A DNA stretch of 64,000 bases, taken from Eledone cirrhosa (lineage: Eukaryota). The notes below the pieces were generated by a model. It ran no database searches, was not told the DNA's origin, and saw only the letters and a list, made by a program, of their open reading frames with translations. Positions 44,901-57,040 of the stretch are shown piece by piece. Made by a program: the position numbers and the translations under genes. The DNA is taken from assembly GCA_964016885.1 (NCBI GenBank), contig OZ024741.1, positions 409,386,001 through 409,450,000 on the forward strand, given 5' to 3'. Each line of letters begins with the position of its first letter. Within the stretch, counting starts at the first letter, position 1.

Positions 44901-47900
44901 CAACATTACTACTACTACAACATTACTACTACTACCAACATTACTACTACTACTACCAACATTACTACTACTACCAACATTACTACTACTACCAACATTA
45001 CAACTACTACCAACATTACTACTACTACCAACATTACTACTACTACTACCAACATTACTACTACTACCAACATTACTACTACTACCAACATTACTACTAC
45101 TACTACCAACATTACTACTACTACTACCAACATTACTACTACTACCAACATTACTACTACTACTACCAACATTACAACTACTACCAACATTAATACTACT
45201 ACCAACATTACTACTACTACTACCAACATTACTACTACTACCAACATTACTACTACTACTACCAACATTACTACAACTACCAACATTACTACTACTACCA
45301 ACATTACTACTACTACCAACATTACTACTACTACCAACATTACTACTACTACTACCCAACATTACTACTACTACCAACATTACTACTACTACCAACATTA
45401 CTACTACTACTACCAACATTACTACTACTACCAACATTACTACTACTACCAACATTACAACTACTACCAACATTACTACTACTACTACTACCAACATTAC
45501 TACTACTACCAACATTACTACTACTACCAACATTACTACTACTACCAACATTACTACTACTACTACCAACATTACTACTACTACCAACATTACTACTACT
45601 ACTACCAACATTACTACTACTACCAACATTACTACTACTACCAACATTACTACTACTACCAACATTACAACTACTACCAACATTACTACTACTACTACTA
45701 CCAACATTACTACTACTACCAACATTACTACTACTACCAACATTACTACTACTACCAACATTACTACTACTACTACCAACATTACTACTACTACCAACAT
45801 TACTACTACTACTACCAACATTACTACTACTACCAACATTACTACTACTACCAACATTACTACTACTACTACCAACATTACTACTACTACCAACATTACT
45901 ACTACTACCAACATTACTACTACTACCAACATTACTACTACTACCAACATTACTACTACTACTACACAACATTACTACTACTACCAACATTACTACTACT
46001 ACCAACATTACTACTACTACCAACATTACTACTACTACTACCAACATTACTACTACTACCAACATTACTACTACTACCAACATTACTACTACTACTACCA
46101 ACATTACTACTACTACCAACATTACTACTACTACTACCAACATTACTACTACTACCAACATTACTACTACTACTACCAACATTACTACTACTACCAACAT
46201 TACTACTACTACTACCAACATTACTACTACTACCAACATTACTACTACTACTACCAACATTACTACTACTACCAACATTACTACTACTACCAACATTACT
46301 ACTACTACTACCAACATTACTACTACTACTACCAACATTACTACTACTACTACCAACATTACTACTACTACCAACATTACTACTACTACCAACATTACTA
46401 CTACTACCAACATTACTACTACTACCAACATTACTACTACTACTACCAACATTACTACTACTACCAACATTACTACTACTACCAACATTACTACTACTAC
46501 TACCAACATTACTACTACTACCAACATTACTACTACTACTACCAACATTACTACTACTACCAACATTACTACTACTACTACCAACATTACTACTACTACT
46601 ACCAACATTACTAACTACTACCAACATTACTACTACTACTACCAACATTACTACTACTACTACCAACATTACTACTACTACCAACATTACTACTACTACC
46701 AACATTACTACTACTACCAACATTACTACTACTACCAACATTACTACTACTACCAACATTACTACTACTACCAACATTACTACTACTACTACCAACATTA
46801 CTACTACTACCAACATTACTACTACTACTACCAACATTACTACTACTACCAACATTACTACTACTACTACCAACATTACTACTACTACTACCAACATTAC
46901 TACTACTACCAACATTACTACTACTACTACCAACATTACTACTACTACCAACATTACTACTACTACCAACATTACTACTACTACCAACATTACTACTACT
47001 ACTACCAACATTACTACTACTACTACCAACATTACTACTACTACCAACATTACTACTACTACCAACATTACTACTACTACCAACATTACTACTACTACTA
47101 CCAACATTACTACTACTACCAACATTACAACTACTACCAACATTACTACTACTACTACTACCAACATTACTACTACTACTACCAACATTACTACTACTAC
47201 CAACATTACTACTACTACCAACATTACTACTACTACTACCAACATTACTAACTACTACCAACATTACAACTACTACCAACATTACTACTACTACTACTAC
47301 CAACATTACTACTACTACTACCAACATTACTACTACTACCAACATTACTACTACTACTACCAACATTACTACTACTACCAACATTACTACTACTACTACC
47401 AACATTACTACTACTACTACCAACATTACTACTACTACCAACATTACTACTACTACTACCAACATTACTACTACTACTACCAACATTACTACTACTACCA
47501 ACATTACTACTACTACCAACATTACTACTACTACTACCAACATTACTACTACTACCAACATTACTACTACTACTACCAACATTACTACTACTACTACCAA
47601 CATTACTACTACTACCAACATTACTACTACTACCAACATTACTACTACTACTACCAACATTACTACTACTACCAACATTACTACTACTACTACCAACATT
47701 ACTACTACTACCAACATTACTACTACTACTACCAACATTACTACTACTACCAACATTACTACTACTACTACCAACATTACTACTACTACCAACATTACTA
47801 CTACTACTACCAACATTACTACTACTACTACCAACATTACTACTACTACCAACATTACTACTACTACTACCAACATTACTACTACTACTACCAACATTAC

Positions 47901-50900
47901 TACTACTACCAACATTACTACTACTACCAACATTACTACTACTACCAACATTACTACTACTACCAACATTACTACTACTACCAACATTACTACTACTACC
48001 AACATTACTACTACTACTACCAACATTACTACTACTACCAACATTACTACTACTACTACCAACATTACTACTACTACCAACATTACTACTACTACTACCA
48101 ACATTACTACTACTACTACCAACATTACTAACTACTACCAACATTACTACTACTACTACCAACATTACTACTACTACTACCAACATTACTACTACTACCA
48201 ACATTACTACTACTACCAACATTACTACTACTACCAACATTACTACTACTACCAACATTACTACTACTACCAACATTACTACTACTACTACCAACATTAC
48301 TACTACTACCAACATTACTACTACTACTACCAACATTACTACTACTACCAACATTACTACTACTACCAACATTACTACTACTACCAACATTACTACTACT
48401 ACTACCAACATTACTACTACTACTACCAACATTACTACTACTACCAACATTACTACTACTACCAACATTACTCCTACTACCAACATTACTACTACTACTA
48501 CCAACATTACTACTACTACCAACATTACTACTACTACCAACATTACTACTACTACCAACATTACTACTACTACTACCAACATTACTACTACTACTACCAA
48601 CATTACTACTACTACCAACATTACTACTACTACCAACATTACTCCTACTACCAACATTACTACTACTACTACCAACATTACTAACTACTACCAACATTAC
48701 TACTACTACCAACATTACTACTACTACTACCAACATTACTAACTACTACCAACATTACAACTACTACCAACATTACTACTACTACTACTACCAACATTAC
48801 TACTACTACTACTACCAACATTACTACTACTACCAACATTACTACTACTACCAACATTACTACTACTACTACTACCAACATTACTACTACTACCAACATT
48901 ACTACTACTACCAACATTACTACTACTACTACTACCAACATTACTACTACTACCAACATTACTACTACTACCAACATTACTACTACTACCAACATTACTA
49001 CTACTACTACTACCAACATTACTACTACTACCAACATTACTACTACTACCAACATTACTACTACTACCAACATTACTACTACTACTACTACCAACATTAC
49101 TACTACTACTACTACCAACATTACTACTACTACTACTACCAACATTACTACTACTACCAACATTACTACTACTACCAACATTACTACTACTACCAACATT
49201 ACTACTACTACTACCAACATTACTACTACTACCAACATTACTACTACTACTACCAACATTACTACTACTACTACTACCAACATTACTACTACTACTACTA
49301 CCAACATTACTACTACTACCAACATTACTACTACTACCAACATTACTACTACTACCAACATTACTACTACTACCAACATTACTACTACTACCAACATTAC
49401 TACTACTACTACCAACATTACTACTACTACCAACATTACTACTACTACTACCAACATTACTACTACTACCAACATTACTACTACTACTACCAACATTACT
49501 ACTACTACCAACATTACTACTACTACTACCAACATTACTACTACTACTACCAACATTACTAACTACTACCAACATTACTACTACTACTACCAACATTACT
49601 ACTACTACCAACATTACTACTACTACTACCAACATTACTAACTACTACCAACATTACAACTACTACCAACATTACAACTACTACCAACATTACTAACTAC
49701 TACCAACATTACTACTACTACTACCAACATTACTACTACTACCAACATAACAACTACTACCAACATTACTACTTCTACCAACATTACTACTACTACCAAC
49801 ATTACTACTACTACCAACATTACTACTACCAACATTACTAACTATTACCAACATTACTAACTACTACCAACATTACTACTACTACCAACATTACTAACTA
49901 CTACCAACATTACTACTACTACTACCAACATTACTACTACTACCAACATTACTACTACTACCAACATTACTAACTACTACCAACATTACTACTACTACAA
50001 ACATTACTAACTACTACCAACATTACTACTACTACCAACATTACTACTTCTACCAACATTACTAACTACTACCAACATTACTACTACTACAAACATTACT
50101 AACTACTACCAACATTACTAACTACTACCAACATTACTACTACTACCAACATTACAACTACTACCAACATTACTAACTACTACCAACATTACTACTACTA
50201 CCAACATTACTACTACTACCAACATTACTACTACTACCAACATTACTACTACTACTACCAACATTACTAACTACTACCAACATTACTACTACTACTACCA
50301 ACATTACTAACTACTACCAACATTACTACTACTACTACTACCAACATTACTACTACTACCAACATTACTACTACTACCAACATTACTAACTACTACCAAC
50401 ATTACTACTACTACCAACATTACTAACTATTACCAACATTACTAACTACTACCAACATTACTACTACCAACATTACTAACTATTACCAACATTACTACTA
50501 CTACCAACATTACTACTACTACCAACATTAATACTACTACCAACATTACTACTACTACCAACATTACTAACTACTACCAACATTACTACTACTACCAACA
50601 TTACTAACTACTACCAACATTACTACTACTACCAACATTACTACTACTACCAACATTACTAACTACTACCAACATTACTAACTACTACCAACATTACTAC
50701 TACTTCCAACATTACTAACTACTACCAACATTACTAACTACTACCAACATTACTAACTACTACCAACATTACTACTACTACCAACATTACTACTACTACC
50801 AACATTACTAACTACTACCAACATTACTAACTACTACCAACATTACTACTACTACCAACATTACTAACTACTACCAACATTACTACTACTACCAACATTA

Positions 50901-51303
50901 CTAACTACTACCAACATTACTCCTACTACCAACATTACTAACTACTATCAACATTACTACTACTACCAACATTACTACTACTACCAACATTACTACTACT
51001 ACCAACATTACTACTACTACCAACATTACTACTACTACCAACATTACTAACTACTACCAACATTACTCCTACTACCAACATTACTAACTACTATCAACAT
51101 TACTAAGTACTACCAACATTACTACTACTACCAACATTACTACTACTACCAACATTACTACTACTACCAACATTACTACTACTACCAACATTACTACTAC
51201 TACCAACATTACTACTACTACCAACATTACTACTACTACCAACATTACTACTACTACCAACATTACTACTACTACGAACATTACTATCTACTACCAACAT
51301 TAC
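41964..51303 (+). repeat. Minisatellite array CCAACATTA(CTA)n, mostly 18- and 21-bp units (occasionally 15 or 24)
   Basis: Direct: units ccaacatta+(cta)2-5. The + strand is almost G-free. A 1-nt-insertion variant (ctaactacta) becomes frequent after ~49550. Confidence 0.99.
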
Positions 51304-51682
51304 TACCACCACCACCACCACCTCCACAACCACTACCACCACTAAGGCCACCACCACCACCACGACTACCACCATCACCACTACCACTACCACCACCATC
51401 AACACCACTTCCACACAACCACCATCATCACCACCACCATCATTACCACCAATAGCACCACCACTACGACCACTACCACCACCACCATCACCACCACCAC
51501 CACCACAACTACCACCACCACCACCACCACCACAACCATCACCACCACTACCACCACCAAAACCACCATCACCACCACCACCACTACCACCACCACAAAC
51601 ACTACCACCACCACCACCACCACCACACCACCACCACCACACCACCACCACATCCACCACCACACCACTACCACCACCACCA
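51304..51682 (+). repeat. Degenerate (CCA)n/(CTA)n trinucleotide tract
   Basis: Direct: cca-rich imperfect triplets contiguous with the minisatellite. Confidence 0.92.
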
Positions 51683-51846
51683 AATATATATATTTTTTCC
51701 TTTTTTTGTCCCTCTCTCTCTCTCTTTTCTGGTTTAGAAAATGATTAAAACGAAATGTTTTACTTTGTGAAGTGTTAAGGTATTAGTTGATTTATTTATT
51801 ATTTAACAATGGCATTTATTTATCTATTTATATATTTAATTATTGT

Positions 51847-51884
51847 CTATTACCGGTTTCTGCATTTATATGCATTATCAAATG
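51847..51884 (-). ncRNA. Minimal hammerhead ribozyme-like motif (U3-A8 core), inverted copy of 52788-52829
   Basis: Minus strand: TTGATAA-TGCAT-ataa-ATGCA-GAAA-CCGGTA. Stem I is weak. Confidence 0.5.
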
Positions 51885-51995
51885 TTAGTGAAATGTATTA
51901 GTGTGGTGTCGCACATGTTAAACAGAAGATGCAGAAAGAATAATGTTATATACAAACAAGGTTTAAGAAGTGAAAAGAAAAAAAAAGAAAAAAAT

Positions 51996-52372
51996 CTAAT
52001 AGAAGGTTCAACATTCCATTTTAATCAAGGACAACGTTTCACAGTTAAACACAACTTTACATGTGTATCTGAAAACCTTATCTATGTTTTGACTTGCTCA
52101 GGTTGTCAAGAACACTACATGGGACAGACAAAAACAGCCTCCGTCAACGTATGACCATCCATAAATCCCAAATTAAAATACAGGAATACAGAAAGATTGC
52201 ATTTAGTGAACATATCGCCAATTGTGCTCTCAACCAACTTCCAAACTTTAAAATTTTCCCGATTTACAAATTCATAGACGACGCTATTTTCATCCAACGC
52301 ACCAATAAGGAAACACATTTCATTAATAAATTTCAACCAGTACTCAATGCCCTAAAAATCGGACCAATCTAA
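51996..52372 (+). pseudogene. GIY-YIG endonuclease domain of a PLE (CCHH / Neptune-like type), one frameshift
   Basis: Joining ORFs 51843 and 52094 across a frameshift near 52135 gives FTCVSENLIYVLTCSGCQEHYMGQTKT/LRQRMTIHKSQIK...FSEHIANC...KETHFINKFQPVLN. It shows the LIY and YMG motifs with an intervening CxxC, plus the conserved R, H, E and terminal LN. Confidence 0.88.
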
Positions 52373-52787
52373 AACTGCAACAAACCATCAAACATTTACA
52401 AGAGTTACCTTCCTCACACCTAATCCTTTTTCTTAAATAAATTAAATATCACCCAGCAAGAATTGCTTCCCCCTGCATATTAACTCTCTAAAAAGGGAAA
52501 TCATATCAAACCACAGTCCACCATTTGCCTCCTTCATGGAACCATGGTTCAACTAAGCACTCTTGCGATATTAACACACTTTGAACTGCTTAACTTCAAT
52601 GACTGTACTTGTAAATAACATTAACTTTTCTTCCACATTGACTTTTTACGTTCCACATTATGCACGTTTTTTTTTACTTCTTTTTTTTCTTTTTTTTTCT
52701 TTTCACTTCTTAAACCTTGTTTGTATATAACATTATTCTTTCTGCACCTTCTGTTTAACATGTGCGACACCACACTAATACATTTCA

Positions 52788-52829
52788 CTATCATTTGATA
52801 ATGCATATAAATGCAGAAACCGGTAATAG
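52788..52829 (+). ncRNA. Minimal hammerhead ribozyme-like motif (U3-A8 core)
   Basis: TTGATAA (52795-52801), 5-bp stem II TGCAT/ATGCA, GAAA (52816-19), palindromic ACCGGT stem III, GUA site. Stem I has only ~2 adjacent pairs. Confidence 0.55.
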
Positions 52830-53306
52830 ACAATAATTAAATATATAAATAGATAAATAAATGCCATTGTTAAATAATAAATAAATCAACTAATACCTTA
52901 ACACTTCACAAAGTAAAACATTTCGTTTTAATAATTTTCTAAACCAGAAAAGAGAGAGAGAGAGGGACAAAAAAAGGAAAAAAATATATTTTTCTTCCTC
53001 ATAATCGTCTCTTTCTCCCTGTTTTCATATATATATATATATTAGCTATATTATCCCCTCATCTGTTTCTTCCTCTATGCCTTTCTTTTCTTTCCTCTTT
53101 CTTCAGTAATTTTAATTATTTGAATATTTAACAGTTATATTGCTGCCATGTATTTTTTAAGCTGTCTCACACGCACCCTCTCTATTATATGTATTATATG
53201 TAGTTTTTTTCCTGTTTTCAATATTAAGGTATATAAGTCATATATTACTCACTACCATGACTGAATCTTAACCATCTACTATGTCAGGGTATGTCATGCA
53301 TCATCT

Positions 53307-53373
53307 TATTTCGTCTGATGAGGACGTACTGTTGAAGTTAACTCAGTACCTCTGAAATATGTATAATAAAATA
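53307..53373 (+). ncRNA. Type I hammerhead ribozyme (canonical CUGAUGA core) at PLE 3' end
   Basis: Stem I TATTTCGT/ATAAAATA (7 of 8 pairs), CTGATGA 53315-21, stem II containing GTACTG/CAGTAC, GAAA 53354-57, near-palindromic stem III. Predicted cleavage after AUA at 53365. Confidence 0.7.
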
Positions 53374-53510
53374 TACTTGATCACAAGAATATCTATTTTG
53401 TTAATATTTTGAATTAATATTAATAACTCCGGAAAACCATATTTGTTGAGTGCTTCCAATCTATTGTAAAACTCATTCTTTGATTTATTCATTGAACCTT
53501 GTTTAACCTT

Positions 53511-53517
53511 TATATAT

Positions 53518-53561
<44 letters not shown>
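53511..53561. repeat. (TA)n microsatellite between two convergent PLE ends
   Basis: Direct. Confidence 0.95.
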
Positions 53562-53565
<4 letters not shown>

Positions 53566-53745
53566 ATATTAATAAATGGAAACTATATTTATAAAACCAT
53601 ATTTATTTTATTATATATATATTTCAAGGGCAACCAAAGCAAATTATTGTGCGCTTTCATCAGATAAAATACAGATTTGTTTTATAAATAAATATTGACA
53701 TACCCAGAAAAAAGATAACCTTAACGGTTGGAGCTTCCTGGATAG
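53562..53745 (-). mobile_element. Short PLE terminal-repeat fragment
   Basis: Contains a hammerhead. It shares gggtatgtca upstream of the core and the stem I sequence with the 53307 motif, and is bounded by (TA)n on both sides. Confidence 0.6.
53604..53671 (-). ncRNA. Type I hammerhead ribozyme (canonical core)
   Basis: Minus strand: perfect 8-bp stem I TATTTTAT/ATAAAATA, CTGATGA, stem II closed by AAG/CTT, GAAA, palindromic (AT)n stem III, AUA site. Confidence 0.75.
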
Positions 53746-53776
<31 letters not shown>

Positions 53777-53834
53777 CTCTCTATCTCTCTCTATATATGT
53801 TTATGTATTTATCTCTATCTCCCTCTCTCTATAT

Positions 53835-54168
53835 ATCATCATCATCATCATCATCATTCTACGTCCACTTTGCTTGCAAGGGTGGGACGGGAACTGATTC
53901 TGGCTTGATTTCTACAGCTGGATGCCCTTCCTAACACCAACCTCATTTACAGTGAGTGTTGGGTGCTTTTTTGCCATGGCACCTCCACGACCACTTTGCA
54001 GTGGAATGGTATAGACCCCAGTCCCTATCATCTCATTTCTACAGCTGAGTAAACTGGAGCAATGTGAAATAAAGTGTCTTGCTCAAGGACACAACACATC
54101 ACCCGGTCTGAGAATTGAACTCACAACCTTTCGATTGCAAGGCCAATGCTCTAACCACTAAGCCATAT
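53835..54168 (-). mobile_element. tRNA-derived SINE: pol III head, CORE-like central domain, RTE-LINE-derived 3' tail with (GAT)n
   Basis: A box TGGCTTAGTGG (54165-54155), B box GAGTTCAATTC (54122-54112), central tgtgtccttgagcaagacactt. The 3' ~160 nt match the 3' UTR of the LINE at 57441. Confidence 0.88.
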
Positions 54169-54480
54169 ATATGTATTTATCTCTCTATATATGTATTTAT
54201 CTCTCTATATATGTATTTATCTCTATCTATATGTATTTATCTCTATCTATATGTATTTATCTCTCTATATATGTATTTATCTCTCTCTCTATATATATGT
54301 ATTTATCTCTATCTCTATCTCTCTATCTCTCTATATATATTTATCTCTCTCTCTCTATATATATATATGTATTTAAATCTCTATTTATCTCTCTATCTCT
54401 CTCTATATATATGTATTTAAATCTCTATTTATCTCTATCTCTCTCTATATATATTTATCTCTCTCTCGCTCTCTCTCCAT
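54169..54480. repeat. Compound TA/TC microsatellite with a ~20-bp period (atatgtatttatctctctat), merging into the polypyrimidine tract
   Basis: Direct. Confidence 0.9.
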
Positions 54481-54488
54481 CTCCACAG

Positions 54489-55906
54489 GTTCATTTGGAG
54501 TTGATTTTGACTTGAGCATCAATGCTTTCTACGACGCTCTGCTAATCTACACAAGTGATGAGAATACACCGAAACTATTGAAGGATATCCGGCTTGTGAT
54601 CAACGACCGTGACAGCGTGACGTTTGCCATCATCATCCTCAACCAGTTGAATTCCATGGACTCTAAAGAAATCACAGAGGCTGCCCTGGAACGGTACAAG
54701 TTCTCTTGTAGGAAACAAACACAAAGACATTGTTCACAGCAGACAAAAAAACCGACTGGAGGTTCTGTAGAAACAAAAACCAGCGAAGCAAAACTGAAGA
54801 AGCAGTTGATTGTGAAAGAGTCACAGCTGGAACCACCGGTGCCGTCGGAGGTTAATAAACCGATAGGGTTGGGTTCACCTCGTCGCAGTCCCTCCTACAC
54901 TCAAGCTATGTGCCAACTGGAGAATGGCTGTATGACAAAGAACGACACGCAGGCGAACTGTGAACAAAAAGCAAATTCTTTGAATTTTCGCAAGAAGGCC
55001 GATTGCAAAATCGATGAAGAGAGTCCAGACGGGGTCACGTCGTGCCTTTCGGCTTTAATTCATCAAACAAAAACAACCCTGGGAGCCATTAGAGAGACTA
55101 ATCTGGACCGGAAACGATCCAGTTCTGTGGGATCAATAGTGCGAAATCGAATACAATCTAGCGCTGTAGGTGGAAGTGACATGGACGTTCGCGTCGGCGC
55201 AAGGCTGGCTAGATCCAGTTCATGCCATCTTGAAAAAGATGAGAAGAATGCTGCCAATTCGACCAGCAACACAAACAATAGCAACAACATTAACAGCAGT
55301 CATTGTGAAGATGGCGGAAAAGGATGTAGCAGTAGAGACACGAAAGGTTCCAAGGCGGCCTGCAGCTCTGCGACATCAACGCCGTCCAAAAGTCACCAAT
55401 CTACTTCTGTTAAACAAGCACTACTGAGTACATCACAAAAAGTCCACTCTAAGGATTCGTCGACGCCGCGCTCGGGTTTTCAACCACCAAAAAGTATGGA
55501 AAGCACATCGGAGAAGGACTCTAAATCAACTGCCCATCGCGGAGAAAAGAGCAAAAAAGACACAGACAAATCTAAAAAAGATGGCGACTATGACATGCGC
55601 GCCACAAACCACATCGCTGCTCTTCTGGACAAAGAGCGGGACTTGTGTAGCAGCTGTCGAGAGAGAATTGGACAGCGAGAAGAACTGTGTTGCGGTCACT
55701 GTTTGTGTAAAACATGCTACCGTGAAATTACAAAGAAGAAACCTGTCTGCCCTGACTGCGGGACCGTGTATGCACCGATTGTTGGGGATCAGCCCAAGAA
55801 CGGCAAAATGTGTGTTACATTGGAACATAAACTTAAATTGCCCGGATATGAGACAGCCAATGGGACTATTGTCATCAACTATAATATACCTGATGGCATA
55901 CAAGAG
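54489..55906 (+). CDS. Internal coding exon of a Deltex-family (DTX3L-like) RING E3 ubiquitin ligase: probable macrodomain C-terminus, low-complexity linker, RING-HC, start of the Deltex C-terminal domain
   Basis: Acceptor ctctctccatctccacAG|gt (54488/54489, phase 1) and donor gag|GTcagt (55906/55907, phase 0) bracket a 1418-nt stop-free frame. RING: CSSC-x11-CGH-x2-CKTC-x10-CPDC. It is followed by GDQPKNGKM...LPGYETANGTIVINYNIPDGIQ, the typical Deltex C-terminal start. The N-terminus GSFGVDFDLSINAFYDAL...LLKDIRLVIND resembles the end of a macrodomain. Confidence 0.9.
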
Positions 55907-55967
55907 GTCAGTTTTCTCTCTCTCCCTCTCCCTCTCTCTTTAAAGTTGTGAGTATATATATATATAA

Positions 55968-56051
55968 GTTTATCCCGGGTTCAAGCCGGGGTAACCACAG
56001 TAAGTAAGGTACTCAATACAAAGCAGAGTATAAATAATTAATATTTAATAG

Positions 56052-56052
<1 letters not shown>
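55968..56052 (-). mobile_element. Short repeat-terminus fragment (probable PLE end)
   Basis: Minus strand gtattgagtaccttacttactgtggttaccccgg matches 57141-57175 on the + strand. Flanked by (TA)n. Confidence 0.45.
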
Positions 56053-56124
<72 letters not shown>

Positions 56125-56126
<2 letters not shown>

Positions 56127-56393
56127 CATCATCATCATTTCATTTTACGTCCGCTTTTCCCTGCTTGCAAGGGTGGGACGGGAACTGATTCTGGCTTGAT
56201 TTCTACAGCTGGATGCCCTTCCTAACACCAACCTCATTTACAGTGAGTGCTGGGTGCTTTTTTGCCGTGGCACCTCCACGACCACTTTGCAGTGGAATGA
56301 TAGGGACCCCAGTCCCTATCATCTCATTTCTACAGCTGAGTAAACTGGAGCAATGTGAAATAAAGTGTCTTGTTCAAGTAAACAACACATCAC
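56125..56393 (-). mobile_element. 5'-truncated copy of the same SINE (no tRNA head)
   Basis: Colinear with 53835-54102: (GAT)n tail, LINE-like segment, CORE-like segment. Confidence 0.85.
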
Positions 56394-56631
56394 ATATATA
56401 TATATATAGAAGTAGTAACACAACAGTTAGGTCACCATACCGTCTATATGCTTATATATATATATATATTTATATCTGTATTTTTGACCGTTGGTCAGTC
56501 AATGATAAACATTGATTGCCAAATGAATTAACTATGGAGATATAAAAGATGCAGAAGCGAAAACCAACCAAACAGTGAGTGTGTTCTCTTATTATTTCTG
56601 GCATTACAACAATATCACCCTCCCCAAATAT

Positions 56632-56668
<37 letters not shown>

Positions 56669-56700
56669 TCACTCTCTCTATATATCTATATCTATATGTA

Positions 56701-57028
56701 TATTAGAAAGTGAGGGTTTTTTTACAAAATGAAAAATAACTGAGGTGTCCTACACGAGTGAAAGTATAAAGAAAAGAAGATGAAATCAAAAATGCAACTG
56801 GAGTCTTATTTTTTTTTAAATATATAAATTTATTTGGTTCCTTTACCGGTTTCGCAGTTCTTCTGCTTTTCAAAAGTAGAGTTGAGATGGAGGGTCTGTG
56901 GTTATATTTTTTTTTTAAAATAAGACTCCAGTTGCATTTTAGATTTCATCTTTTTTTCTTTATACTTTCACTTGTGTAAGACACCTCAGTTATTTTTCAT
57001 TTTGTAAAAAAAACCTCACTTTCTAATA
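56701..57028. mobile_element. Fold-back element: ~125-bp inverted arms around a ~75-bp spacer containing a hammerhead motif
   Basis: 56701-56827 is an imperfect reverse complement of 56902-57028, with TA runs outside. Confidence 0.8.
56839..56878 (-). ncRNA. Minimal hammerhead ribozyme (U3-A8 core)
   Basis: Minus strand: CTT-TTGAAAA-GCAG-aagaa-CTGC-GAAA-CCGGTA-AAG. Stem I 3 bp, stem II 4 bp closed by G-C, palindromic ACCGGT, followed by AATAAA. Confidence 0.7.
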
Positions 57029-57040
57029 TATATATATATA

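Larger units (their letters stand above)
51688..53510 (+). mobile_element. 5'-truncated Penelope-like element (PLE) with an inverted copy of part of its 3' region at the 5' end
   Basis: 51688-51994 is the reverse complement of ~52682-52989. A GIY-YIG remnant lies at 51996-52372, hammerhead motifs at 52788 and 53307, AATAAA at 53365, and the element ends in (TA)n. Confidence 0.85.

Noticed and set aside
42127-51281. Long MLVVVV / SSSNVG ORFs, or a + strand TTTTNI mucin-like exon
   Set aside because: Unit lengths are multiples of 3, so frames stay open trivially. There are frequent 1-nt indels, no synonymous variation and no splice sites.
41964-51303. Telomeric repeat array
   Set aside because: The strand skew is telomere-like, but the unit is not TTAGGG/TTAGG, varies in length and grades into an ordinary CCA microsatellite. 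A chromosome end cannot be assessed across the gap.
54095-54168. tRNA genes (also 60528-60600)
   Set aside because: A and B boxes are present, but I see no convincing acceptor stem, and both continue into a CORE-like SINE body.
54512-55951. Single-exon 479-aa gene as given in the ORF track
   Set aside because: The start is a TTG inside the exon and the tail VSFLSLPLPLSLKL is intron read-through. Splice sites at 54489 and 55906 and the incomplete Deltex domain show it is an internal exon.
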